DNA from: Tubiluchus corallicola
Lineage: Eukaryota > Animalia > Priapulida
Assembly (NCBI GenBank): GCA_030141605.1
Contig: JAQGDQ010000021.1
Span: forward strand, 434,001 to 498,000
DNA length: 64,000 nucleotides
Direction: 5' to 3'
The position numbers were made by a program, and so were the translations under genes. Below are positions 24,196 through 36,426 of this stretch, piece after piece (position 1 is the stretch's first letter; each line of letters starts with the position of its first letter). Under the pieces are notes generated by a model. That model was not told the origin of the DNA, searched no databases, and worked only from the letters and a program-made list of their open reading frames with translations.

Positions 24196-27100
24196 TTATA
24201 CACCCATCAGTGAAGCTTGAGCAATTGCCTACAACACAAAAAATTAAAAAATGAGTAAAAAATAAAGTGGAAAAAGACAGGGTAAACCCTTTAAAGGTTT
24301 TTGAATAAAACCAGTAAATTCAGGTGTGCTCATTCTTCTGATATTTTAAAATTTGGCTCAGCTTTGTAGGCTATTTCACGGTTAAGTATTCTAGCTGTGA
24401 TAAGTAAAAGGTAACTATATATTAATATAATTCTTTTACTCACATGGGGGGGGGGGGCAGAGAAAGACAGCCGTTGACAGCTTGAAAGCAACTGCATCAA
24501 ATATAGAACTTTAAATTAATCTGAGAAAAAGACCATCTGTCACCTAAAATTTACTAAGGAAACGCCAAAAGACTTTACGTCCCTGAACACAATGCTGAAC
24601 AATTTGCTAGAGAATTATAAAACAAATATAATGCACTCACCTGATTTTCATTCACTATATCAGTCCAATCACGAGCTGCAATCTTTGGTACGACGGCCCG
24701 CAAAATATCCGTTGCTCTTGTGCCATTAGACTTCAAAGTTTTTAGCACTTGCTCTACAGATACCTAGAAGAAGAAACACATTTATATTACTTTAAGCAAC
24801 AACAGGCATCTGGTATTAGCATTAGGACTATTCAAAAACCTTCAAATGTAAGTGTACTTATTTTCATTTTTGGCATCTGGCTTGTTTTGGCAGTTGGTAT
24901 GATTCTCAACATTTGAATAATAGACAAATGAACAGAACACTTCCCATTTCATGATCCACTTTCCAGTGCCAGTGGAAGAAAAACCCAGTGCTTGCTACAA
25001 CAAAAACTACTACACAGATCTGAATATTCAATCATACCACTTATTCATGGTCTTCATAGTTCATGTCAGTTATGATCACTAACACACAAAATGTTACTAA
25101 AACCTACCAGAGCACATTGCTATCAAAACTACCTAGTGTTTTCATCAAATAAGTTTTATTCTGCACATCATTCATCATATGAGAAAAGTTATCGGTTAGT
25201 TTAAAAAAAGGTTATGTTGGTAATCTAATTTTTTGATATCATTAATATGCTTTGTTAATTTATTTTTGGGCCTCTTATACCAAATTGCACTTTTACACAA
25301 TACTATATATTTTGGCAAAAATAATATAAAGTGAATAACAAAATTTAACAACTGGAAAAATGCAGTGTCTCTTCTATTTGGCTCATTTCACAAATAGAGG
25401 AGGATGCGAATGAAAACCCCTGCAAATGACGAAGTATGAATGTAAAATTTTGTTAACATCTAAAACCATACACTCACTGCCTTATGTAGTATTTACCTAA
25501 AAGATAAAAAAAATCTACTAACCGGTTCTGCTGATACATGCCAGCTGTCATAGTCTGTAGGCATAGCCAGTGCTGCATAACACAACCCTACTTCTTTTGC
25601 TAATATAGCCTAGCAAATATTAAACTTACACAAATTACTAAAAATGTAACAAAACAAAAGAAAATGAAAATATGATGGTACATTTTGGCACAATAAGAAT
25701 GCCTTGGAATTTGGATAGTTTTCCTACAGAAATTGAAAAAGGTCTCACTTGAACAAAGCTGACTTAACATGTCAGCTCCAAAAAACAGTAAGGCACTGCA
25801 TTAATAATACTTCTTATCTAAGTAAGATGTTAAATGTTAGCTCACTAAGTGCCTAGTCTCTTCTTTACTGCAGTAGATTCTTCTTTGAGGGCATTTCAGA
25901 CTAATGGTACTGCTTAGCAATAAAAATAATTTTATTCAAAAACAAAACTTAGTGTTAATGAATGTATTAAACTAAGTTTGATTACTCATACGTCTTCAGA
26001 AAAGTTTCACAAACTATTCAAACATAATGTCAACACTTAACTATAGTTAGGTGTGGCATGGTAAATTGTGGCAAAAATTGTGAACAACTTGAATAAATTC
26101 ACCTATATGTGAAATGAAGAACAAACATATGGGTATCTTCTGTTAGTTCAATTTGGTACACTCTTTGTTTTAGGATGCCAAACATATTTCTTCCCCACAC
26201 TTTAATTAAAATGCACCAACTCACTAGCACCTGCTGCACGTGGAGGAACTCGTAACAGTTATAACTGTTTTGTTAATCCACATTAAACAAAAAAGATTAC
26301 ATATAATTAAAAGGCAGTCTCTCCAATAGCTTAAAAACTACAATAACTGCTACTACAACAGGCAAACTACAATTCTTGCGATTTCAACTCTACCAATGTT
26401 AGAGAAATTTTTTTACCTCTGGCACAGTTGTCATGTTAACAATATCTGCACCCCACTGTCTCCATAACTTGCTTTCTGCTTTGGTTGAAAACCTTGGTCC
26501 CTCTATCGTCACAGTTGTTCCTGTAGGTTGGCAATTGAAGCCTAACTCTTTCACGGTTTCGTATAAAATCTAGAAACACGGGTGTTGCTGTTAAAAAGCG
26601 CATTCTGCTAGTTTTATATCACGAGCCTTACAACACTATTGGCTTCTAATATTTCATTCACAAATTTTTCTAAACAATAGTAGGATATTCCTAAATTTCC
26701 AAGTTTTAAATTTCCTCGGTCTCAATTTGTGCTACAAATGTGAAATTAGGCAATGCTCAGTCTATTCTCAAGGATGTGTGCTTATAGTTTTGTATATGGG
26801 AAAGGAACCTACATGCTACCATGTCATATCATCCGAACAAAAATTCAATAACATGGGCTATAAATTGCCATGTCCTTGCAATAAATTATTTCTATGCATT
26901 TGAAAATGGAGGAATTTTGAGGAGAATACTCACTGCCAGACCAGCAGTCATAATTTAAAAACATGATGCACACTAACAAAATTATACTAATTCACTGTCA
27001 TCAATGTTCTTTACATTGATGACAATATACTTACTTTGCTAGTAACAGAACAAAAAGGCTCATCTAGAGGAATGTGACATATCCCTTTAGCTTCTGGACA

Positions 27101-29576
27101 CGTGCCATCGTAGAATGTTTGAAACCGTTTTTGTGTCCTAGAAAAGCAATAATCACTCACCTTACTGTCCACGTTTTAGATACCTATATCGCCATTTTAT
27201 GATCATTTGTTTAATTCAATTCAAAGCAATTCACATACTCTAAAGACTAGTTCATAAATGCTACAATACAATTGAAGCCTACTGCAAAAACAGTAAACTA
27301 AAAGCCCAGTGACATATTCCCTGAATTGGAGGAGAATTTGCTAACTCTAATATAAACTTGCTTGCACCATTTGAACAAATGCTCTCTTTTGAAGTCAATT
27401 CTAACCAGAATTTAAAATTAATGAAAGTTTTTTACTAGTACTTTTAATACATTTCCCAATATAATGACAGTGATAGGGCTCAAATGTGCTAGTGATAGGA
27501 GGCATCTGTTAAAGTGGGTAAGACTGTAGTTAACAGGGAAACGATCTTCTAACAATGAATTTCATAAATAAGAAGCCCAAGCTACTCATAGGCAGCCATT
27601 CTGCATCCAGTGTAGAGCCATTTATGGACATAAGGCCTTAAAAGTAATTTGCGGGGCAGCGATAAAAGAGGCTTACCGTAGCAATATTATTACACTAATG
27701 AAGTGGGAACTAATAAACTGTGTAATTAAGACTACACAGATTAACTCGGCATTGCTTTGCCTTTTATGTAAATAAATCGCTCTTGTAATGTTTTCAGGTG
27801 AGTAGATAATAAATGCTTTTATCAGACATTTCAATATTTGACATCAAAATCCACTCTGTAGCATGATCACCAGACAGTGCAGACATCATCAAGGTCACAA
27901 TGATATTTTCATAAAGGTACATTGGTCATGGGAAGTATAAGCACTTGGAGTAAAAATAGGCAAATTGTACACATCCAATATTAATTTAGTCTTGCACTGA
28001 TAAACGAGCAAACGTGCTAGCAAGTCAAATGCAAAGTTGACATTGCATGCGATTCTATAACAGAAACAAAATTCAGTGCCAAGTAAATTATAATACTTTG
28101 AAATCTTGAAAAATGCAATAAGAGCAGAAGTGTCTCAAATGCACTTTCAGAATAACACATTAATTATCTAACACAAGTAAAAGCTTATACCTGTCAATAA
28201 ATTGATCCAATATGACAAAATCACCGGGTGGAATATGTTCCCGTAATGACCCACATGCTGATGTCACTATTAGATGAGTACAGCCCTCCTCTTTCATAGC
28301 CCAAATATTTGCACGATAATTGACAAAGGATGGCATTATGGTGTGACTGCGACCATGCCTAGAAACAAAATATAGTTTATTTTTCAAGAGCTTAACCCTA
28401 TAGATAAAATATATTACAAAGAACATTATCCGAACTAAGGCTTGATTAATTACCAAATTAAACATCAGAATATTGTTAGAAATATATTAATAAACAAGAG
28501 ACTACAAAAATGTCATTACATTGAATTTTTATGTTAGCTATATGCCTGGATATTAATTTGTGATGCAGACTTCGCTTGAATTAAATAACATGTTCAGCTG
28601 AAAACTGAGGACAGCAAATTGAGCTACTACATACTAATAACTTTCTAGCAACGGAGCCACTTGAAATATACCTTGCCAATAGCACACAGTCAACACCACT
28701 GAGTTTTCCGCATATTAATGAATCTGATGGCTGAAACATATTTGAAAGAGTTAAAGCAAACTGATTCTGCTGTTTAATTTAACTGCTTATTTAAACATTT
28801 ATTATCAAATTCTTCATTTACTACAATGTACAGATATTCCAAAATTTAAACACTATAATAAAGTTATATCGTAAATTCAGGAAAAAACTGGCATTTTAAC
28901 AGTTTTTTATGAAAACTTGGGATATCTTTGGCAGCAGCTAAAACAAAATGCTAAATTCCAAAACCTAATGAAATACAAAAATTTACAAAGGAAGGTTGTG
29001 AAACATCGAATTTCACAGAATGCCTAAAACAATGCAACTAGAAATATTCAAGCATATACCTGTCCAAATGGTGTAGAATAGTTCTTCTCGTGCCTATTTT
29101 CCAAAATGTCGGCATCATCCAAACCAGTACCACCAATTATCCCGATCTGCAAAATCAAATTTACAAAATGAGTTTAAATTAATTACAAAATTTTATATAA
29201 TAAACATGACAGCTCTATAATTTTTCGTACAATAACGATTACCAATAATATCAAAACTTCTTAGAATCCCCACAGCCAAGTAACTTCAAAACAGCAACTG
29301 AGCTATATCTATTACGTCACTAAACCCCAGGAATATGAAATCAACTAAGCAACATCTGCCTTTGAATGTTTGTTGTCACTCACCAGCCAAACAACAAAAA
29401 CCTCAGCAAAACGAAGTTTCGTAATTCATTCAGCTATATCAATTAAAATCTCATAGTACATGTAGCTTGAAACATACAAAATTTTGAACAGTGAACAGAC
29501 ACATTTTGATGATAGACAGTAAATTATAACAATGTCCTAAAATTATTAGCCACATCAAACATACCTTGACTTTCAT
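24196..29576 (-). CDS. MTAP: S-methyl-5'-thioadenosine phosphorylase, paralogue B (274 aa, intact)
   Basis: Minus-strand exons 29576-29565, 29146-29060, 28730-28672, 28358-28191, 27137-27035, 26569-26417, 25609-25523, 24763-24641 and 24228-24196 (TAA). Exon sizes equal those of copy A (12,87,59,168,103,153,87,123,33), with no stops or frameshifts. Confidence 0.96.
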
Positions 29577-31062
29577 GTTTGACAAGTAATGTGCCAATCA
29601 CAGTTTTTTCTGGTATGCTTTTTCTTTCTTCACTACTCTTTAAATGCCGATAATCTACAAATATAAAATACCTGCAGTGAGTTGTATAGTTCACTCTATA
29701 CTTTACACTATTACATCTATACAAATCAATGGCAAGACCAATATTGGATTATTAGGATGTCACATGGAATCCAGCAAGATTTGATAAGGCAGGTCAAATG
29801 CATGCAGCAATGAGCAACTACACTTGTACCAGCCATTTCTCATTTGCCATACTCTACTCAAAATAGTGGGTTACCAATAAAATTTAGGCGCAAAATGCAG
29901 GATAAGTTAGCAGTATAACCCAGAAAAGTTTATAGACCCCAGGCTGCCTCTACAGCAACAATAATGTTCTGTGTCAAAGGTCACAGTGACAACACAGCCA
30001 ATATTAAACAGCAATATAGAGCAGTAGGAAGACTGGAGAAGTTATACGCTCTAAGCTTTATCTCTGTCTTTCGATGGTAATGGTAACAGTAGCGAAGTAA
30101 TAAATTTGCAACTCCCCAGTAAAACTTCCAACACTTACCTTAACCAGTAGATTAATATTATAAATTGTCTTGAGAAAAACCCACCAGTAGAAATGCTTTG
30201 GTGCTCATGATATCTGCTAATCTTATGATAACTATTATATTTGGTAACTAATCATTTTAGCACCGCCGATCACCCAGTTCAATAAAGGTTAACTTTTTTT
30301 AGTTGATACTAAATATGGTGACTGGGTAACACAAGTCCAGTAGACCTTTTGAGTTACCCTAGGGTAACAGAGAAAGAGGAAGGTGCCTGGGAAAGGTGGC
30401 CAGAGTGAGAGAAAAAGCTGACCTTTTCCTTTCCTGTGTTAATAAAAAGTTTGAAGGATGAGTGGAACTTTCCTGTTTTGGCTAATGTTAAGAAAATGGT
30501 TTTCTATGTAATTTCAACAATAATTAGATGCAAAGCACAGAAATTTGAAAATTTCAGGCCACTGATCATTTAAATAAATTAACTCTCAGAAATAAATTTG
30601 GTATACAAAAGAATGACGAATGTATTTATTTTAATTTTATTCTTGGTTATGTCACCAAAAGATGTTGCCAAAAATACAATATCAATTAAGGTGCAAAAAT
30701 AACTAAGCAATTTTTTTGAAAACTAGAGTCTAACCTAGCTCCGGCCAGCTGTATAGTCTCATCTAACATTTCTATTGAACTTTTAGCCTCTGCCCGATCT
30801 GGGGTTCCCTGGTGTAGTCAGCTGTAACGTTACCACTTTAAGCTGATGAGTCTGTTACTACGAAACTTCTTTACTGTTTTAAATAAAATAATTTATTTTG
30901 GCTTAAATCGGTGCAGTTCTAGTGTTTCTTGTTAGCAACTTTACACGCGAAACAGGCAATGCTGATTACAAAGATGGTACTAATGACTTAATTGATAGAA
31001 GGCCAGACTTCCTAGAAGGACGGAATTTATAAGTTAAATTTTTAAATTCAAATTCTTTTTTC

Positions 31063-31400
31063 CAGATGCTAAATTAATTGAAGGCATACAGAGGAGAGTC
31101 ACAAAACTGTGCACTTCAATTAGAAAACTAGCTTGCTGCAAGAGATCACAAAAACTGCAACTATAGACACTAGCATGCAGAGTTCAATGTGATCTTTTGC
31201 AAACGTACAAGTTTTTAAATGGCGTTGTCATCAACACAAACAATAGCATGCTCCAAATGAAGTACATAAGAAGAGTAGACAATTGTTTCACAACTTCTAT
31301 TCTCAGTGCGTAATAAATCATTGGAACAGACTGCCACAAGCTGCAATCAACGTTGCAAGCAAAAATTTAAGAACAAAATAAGACCATACATTAAAGAAAT
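31063..31400 (+). mobile_element. CR1-type LINE 3' fragment (decayed)
   Basis: DAKLIEGIQRRVTKL...LQL*TLACRVQCDLLQTYKFLNG...FYSQCVINHWNRLPQ...FKNKID matches the CR1 ORF2 C-terminal signature (E.VQRRATK, R...DLI..YK, RV...WN.LP). Confidence 0.75.
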
Positions 31401-33349
31401 GGAAGATGCAAATTTTGCATACCTCTAGGAATAACGGTTTGCAATGCTACCACATTTAAAGGCTATCTATACTCTATAGCCTTTTATACTGGACCTTTGT
31501 GCTCACAGCTAGACTACCCAACGAAGTATTTTATGAAGAATCTCTGAAGAAAAGATGATGATGATATGGGACGTCTTTCAAGGTGAATTCGAATAATGAA
31601 TCTTTATCCCAAAATTACCGTAACTGCAATCGAAACGAAGACCTGTGGTTGCGAAAAAGGTGAATTTAAAAAAGTTTAGGTACTATTAATAAAAAGTTAA
31701 AAGATTAAAATTTTTCTTACTTAATTAATGTTTCCAAAGTAAACATTTTTATTGTTACAGCAGATTTAGGGTACTACTACTTACTGCTACTGGATCTAGT
31801 AAAAATAATACTAGTACAGTAATAGCACAGTTATAATATATTCGGCGACAATATTAATGCACCATCTATCAATAAATTTAAAATGAATATGAGAAGGGAC
31901 CGTACACGAGTTGAACTCTAGGTCCTGATGTCATTGTAAAGAAAATTAGCGTGTCGTCGTCATTTGCGTGCTATACGTTCTAAAAAAAAAAATCAAAGCG
32001 CGGCACACCTGTTCCCGTTACGCCACCACGTGCGTCGCTTGCCTGGGCCCTGGATACTGATCGACAAATTTTCCGATCCGCATCATTTGGTCGCAAATGT
32101 GAAATCCGCAGTGCGCATAATACCCGCATTTTGCTGTTAACAGCGATCCGCATTCGTAGAGCGCTCTACTAAATTAATTAAAAAACGTGGTCTGGCCTCA
32201 TCCGCATCCTGCTTACATGCTATTTTTAATTCAAATCAGTATAATGATTTGTATTTTTAGCTAACCTTGGTTTAAATAAAGGAAAATATTTTAAATCAGT
32301 GGAAATTGCTCCCTGTTGCAGTGTGTCCACTGGGTGGTTTCATTTTCACTAGAATGTTCTTTATCTGATGTTATTAATTTCACACTAGTATTTTTAATGG
32401 CAAATAAATGGATTTTACTACTGAAGCAGTAGTACGTCCCTTTCATGATTAATGAAGCTATTTTCATTTTCATATGATGAGTGTCAGTCTGTCATTGTCA
32501 ATCTGCGCACGAAGATTAAATGTAATGAAAATTAAAATCCGCAAATATACAATTCTGTTTTGATAGCGTGGTTCGCTATTCACTGGACCTTGGGTAGCGT
32601 GGGGAGTTACATCACACGTAGAAATCTTTATTTTTTTAATCCCAGCCATACATACAAAATTCCTGTCCGACATTGACTCAAAGAGAAGGATACTGAGCGT
32701 GCGCCGTACAGTATTATATAAATTAGTAATCATCGAATTAATTCAAGTCACAAAACAAATTCAGCCCAACAGTCAACAAGCCCTAATTAAATGGGTGCAA
32801 TTAGACTACAATTTTTTGTCTAATTATTTACTTGAAACTACTTGTTTATTTATGAGGTTGTCAAGAGGACACTAGACAATCACAAGTACAAAATGATTAA
32901 TTAGAAAGAACTGTGGAATCAAATAAATTGGAATTGATCAGTGAGCAATGATAAGATAAATGGAAGCCTTCTGACAGCCATTTAAAGAATCATTTCGGAA
33001 AACTTTCAGATCCTGATAATGTTAAAATAGTGGATCCGTCCCCCATGGATGTGCAGTATGTGCCTGTATTGGATAGCTTGTTGGCCAGAATTTTTATGTT
33101 TCACAATTATATTCTACTTGGGTTTGAACTTGATTTAAACTTTAACATGTCTAACAAAAAAACAAGTCCTAACAGATTTCTTTGTCATGTACAAGTAGTT
33201 CATGTAATCGTCTTCCAAGGAAAATTATAAATACAGTAATGGTGCACAGAGGTGCAACATAACTATTTCTTAGGAGGGGTATGCAAAAGCAACAAATAAT
33301 ATAGTACAGAACAATTCATTGCACTATAGTATATTGCTCAGTTAATTGA

Positions 33350-33670
33350 GAGCCATGACTTCAATATTTATGGTGGAAGTCTTGTGTGTCTTGCACAATC
33401 CCGATGACCATGAATGGGCAGATCGAACTGATTGAACAGCTTGGAAATTCACTGAACCTCAGTCTTACCAATCACATTGAAGTTATCCTAAAAGCATGCA
33501 TGGAGGTTAAGATATTCAATGAGCATACTATTCATCGATATTCGAAAAAACATGGTTGTGACCTGCAAGTAGTGCTGAATGAACTTGAGTTCAATCACCA
33601 ACTCTTTGAGTTTCTAGTCATATCCCTCATGATTGCAGGCTGTGCGAGACAGATGAAGTTATCACACAAT
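33350..33670 (-). mobile_element. Decayed repeat, probably an RTE-clade LINE ORF C-terminal fragment (copy 1)
   Basis: Shares blocks with 39555-39840 (tgtgtcttgcaca, ctgattgaac, tattcatcgatattc, ctttgagtttct.gtcata). The minus frame reads FFRISM...GH...TRLP.*ILKSWL, loosely resembling RTE ILRISW...GHVARM.DTRLPK.IL. Confidence 0.4.
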
Positions 33671-33779
33671 ATGTAGAAGGCATGATAGCTTTTCAATTGA
33701 CTGGGTAACACTTTGACGTAATAAATTGTTCTCTATTGTTATTTGTTGTTTTTGCTATTATTACCAGAAAAAGGTTATT

Positions 33780-34470
33780 AAGGTACACCTCTGTAGATTC
33801 AATTGATGCTATTTACATGGATTATGCCAAGGCCTTTGACAAAGTTGCCCACCAAAGGTTACTAAAGAGGTTAGCTGGATATTGTATTCATGTCTTCTTT
33901 TTAATGTGGAATCACAATTTCCAATCTGATAGATGTCAAACTGTTGCATCATGCTCAGTTGCAAGCTAATAAAGGTAACAAGCTATTAAAATTGTGATTG
34001 ATAAAAAACCTTTACATAGCTCAACGAAGACAATGTTATAATGTGTAAATCATTAGTGATACCCCTTGTTGGAATAACGGTACAATGTAACTTAATTATC
34101 CTTGCTGAGTCAAGTTAACCTGCTGAATTATAAACTGCTAGAAGCATGCAGTCTAAAGGACAGCTACAAGAATGATGCATGAACTAAAACAGCTGGATTA
34201 CGATGATCGTTTGCAAGCTATTAAATTACCATCCTAAAATTTTAAGAGCAAGAGATAACATGATCGAATGCCAAAAGTTTATCTAAGGCATGTACAACAT
34301 CCCATTCGAAATAAGGACAAGACGGCATAGCAGAATTAAAGAAATGGCTTTTTGTAGAATATCTACTAGGCAAGCCTTGCTACTAGGTAAAATATTTTCA
34401 GTGAGGAATGTTTATCTCTGGAACACATTGTCATAATCATGTTGTCACTGTCACATATTCCAATGAATGA
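33780..34470 (+). mobile_element. CR1-type LINE reverse transcriptase relic (internally deleted, with stops)
   Basis: IDAIYMDYAKAFDKVAHQRLLKRLAGYCI..WNHNFQSDRCQTV is the canonical CR1 RT motif D..KAFDKV.H.RLL. Further on: RTATRMMHELKQLDYDDRLQAIKLPS and FSVRNVYLWNTL. Confidence 0.85.
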
Positions 34471-35214
34471 TTACTCTGACGCTGGGCATTTCATTGACAG
34501 CATTGCTGATTACTTAATTGCAATTCCTAAAACCTGCACAAACCTACATAGAGGCACCCTGGCTATAATTTTATAGGAAGTTAACCGTCAATTATCTACT
34601 TTGTTAACTCGAGCTCCAATCTGAAGTTATAAATTTCCTTGTACAGGGACAGTTTGATGCTTGTGACCTCTATAAGCAATGTTATATGATCCACCTAATA
34701 TTGTTAGATAATTCTTTCTCTTTTTTATAGTTATATGTGCTAATTTGGATGCGTTACATATGAGTGATAATCTAACACTTATAGATCATGTGAATGTAAA
34801 ATTAGTGCATTATGCTTAATTTGATAATTATGCGTTCAGCTGTCTATCTGTGCTTTGCCTAATGTGATAAATTAAATCTAAAATGTGCTGTAATAATAAT
34901 AAGTAATAATGTATATGCGTCAGAGCATGTAAGTGATCATAATAAATTATATTTTTGTTTGGCCACTTTTTAATTAAATAGTTGTGCTATTTTCTAATTC
35001 GCGAAGTGCACATAAATTAAACTAAATTTAGCATTACATTAACGGTTACCCGTTTTAGCCAATAACTCATAGATCTGAGTCTCGAGCATTTTTCACTACA
35101 AAAAGCGAAATTAGACTTTATAATTGTGTTCACAAATTCAACCGACAATAATTAAATTTAGAACAAGGCCAATGTCTCTCCGGTGAACTAATGGCAAATT
35201 GAGCATTTTTCACA

Positions 35215-35290
35215 GTCACTGTCCGCCACTTAATGCATTCAAGGCCAGGTTGGATCGTTATTGGATAAGTTTTGGCACGAAAATAAACAT
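35215..35290 (+). mobile_element. Short CR1 3'-terminal fragment
   Basis: cttaatgcattcaaggccaggttggatcgttattgg translates to LNAFKARLDRYW, a CR1 ORF2 terminal motif. Confidence 0.55.
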
Positions 35291-35907
35291 ATTCCGCCTT
35301 CACGATCTCTAGGGAAAATGAAATCAGTATTGTGATTGTGACAGCAGATTTTATTTATAATTCTTTTTAAACTTATTCACTAATTTATTCTTTATAAACT
35401 TTTATTTAAATAGCTGAAAAACATACCACTCTCATGCATTTTTTTCTTTTCTTTCATTGTTGAAAAATACAGTACTTAACTGTAATTTTGTATCAGTGTA
35501 CTGTTTTTAATTAGTTAGCAAACTTATCTATGTTAATACAAATTATACCAAAAATGTTATTATTATTAACATATATTATTAAAATTACTTTTACTGAAAA
35601 CAACCTTTTGCACAAAGCCTTTTCAAAGTCAGTTTTATATGTGGGCATTATTTGACACGTATGTATTGTATTGTGTTTTGCCAATGTACATTATGTAATT
35701 GAGCAATAAATTGAATTGAATCACATTGCACAAGTCTAAGACTTTATTTCAGAGTCAACCCATCGTTAAAGTAAAGTGTCAGTCGTGGTGGTTGCCTTTA
35801 GAGCGCGAGCCATATGTATGTTAAAAAGATTACGCATACTGATTTTACTAAGGAACAAGAAAAAACGCAAAATAGGCGCTTTTTTGCAAATTGACTCATA
35901 ATTAAAA

Positions 35908-36426
35908 ATGTCATCTGCCAAAGTTGGCGAAATATTTACTGCAGCAGGCGCAGCATTTAGTAAACTAGGTGAATTAACAATGCAACTTCACCCGAGTTCA
36001 GATCCTCCTCCAGCTACTGGTAAGTGGACAGAAAAGGAGGTGGAAATGCTGCGAAATACAGTTAAGCAATTTGGAGAAGATTTACACAAAATCAGTGAAG
36101 TGATTAAGACACGCACAATTTCACAAATACGTGGCGCAATTCGCCGAAAATGCCACGAAGATGGTGGTGGTTCATCAGCAAAAAAGGCAAAGATAGAAAG
36201 TGTAAATTCTTCGTCCAAAAAATCTGTTCCGAGTAATCCTGTTGAAACTGCTCAAGTAACTGCAAGCAACATGTTAGCCGCAGCAGCAAAAGCAGATCAA
36301 GCAGCTGCAGCAGCAGAGTCATCACATATTGATGCAGACGATGAACAATCTTCGGTGAAAGTTGAACAGTTAGACATAGATGAACTTGTTAAGGATGAGC
36401 CTGCAATCGAAGTTGAAGTCTCATGA
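35908..36426 (+). CDS. BAP18: Chromatin complexes subunit BAP18 (C17orf49 homologue, SANT/Myb-like), single-exon CDS, 172 aa
   Basis: The N-terminus MSSAKVGEIFTAAGAAFSKLGELTMQLHP followed by GKWTEKEVEMLR..VKQFGEDLHKIS..IK.RTISQIR is the hallmark of BAP18/C17orf49. The ORF is open from ATG to TGA. Confidence 0.95.
   Translation: MSSAKVGEIFTAAGAAFSKLGELTMQLHPSSDPPPATGKWTEKEVEMLRNTVKQFGEDLHKISEVIKTRTISQIRGAIRRKCHEDGGGSSAKKAKIESVNSSSKKSVPSNPVETAQVTASNMLAAAAKADQAAAAAESSHIDADDEQSSVKVEQLDIDELVKDEPAIEVEVS

Noticed and set aside
24446-24457. G12 homopolymer in the last MTAP-B intron (G-quadruplex potential)
   Set aside because: It is a simple homopolymer, probably inside a small insertion, and is absent from the copy A intron. 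There is no evidence of function.
5935-29576. Possibility that one MTAP copy is a pseudogene
   Set aside because: All nine coding exons in both copies have intact GT-AG sites, correct phases, conserved catalytic motifs and no premature stops.
35988-36325. Two antisense ORFs overlapping BAP18
   Set aside because: These are shadow frames of a GC-richer coding sequence with no recognisable protein.
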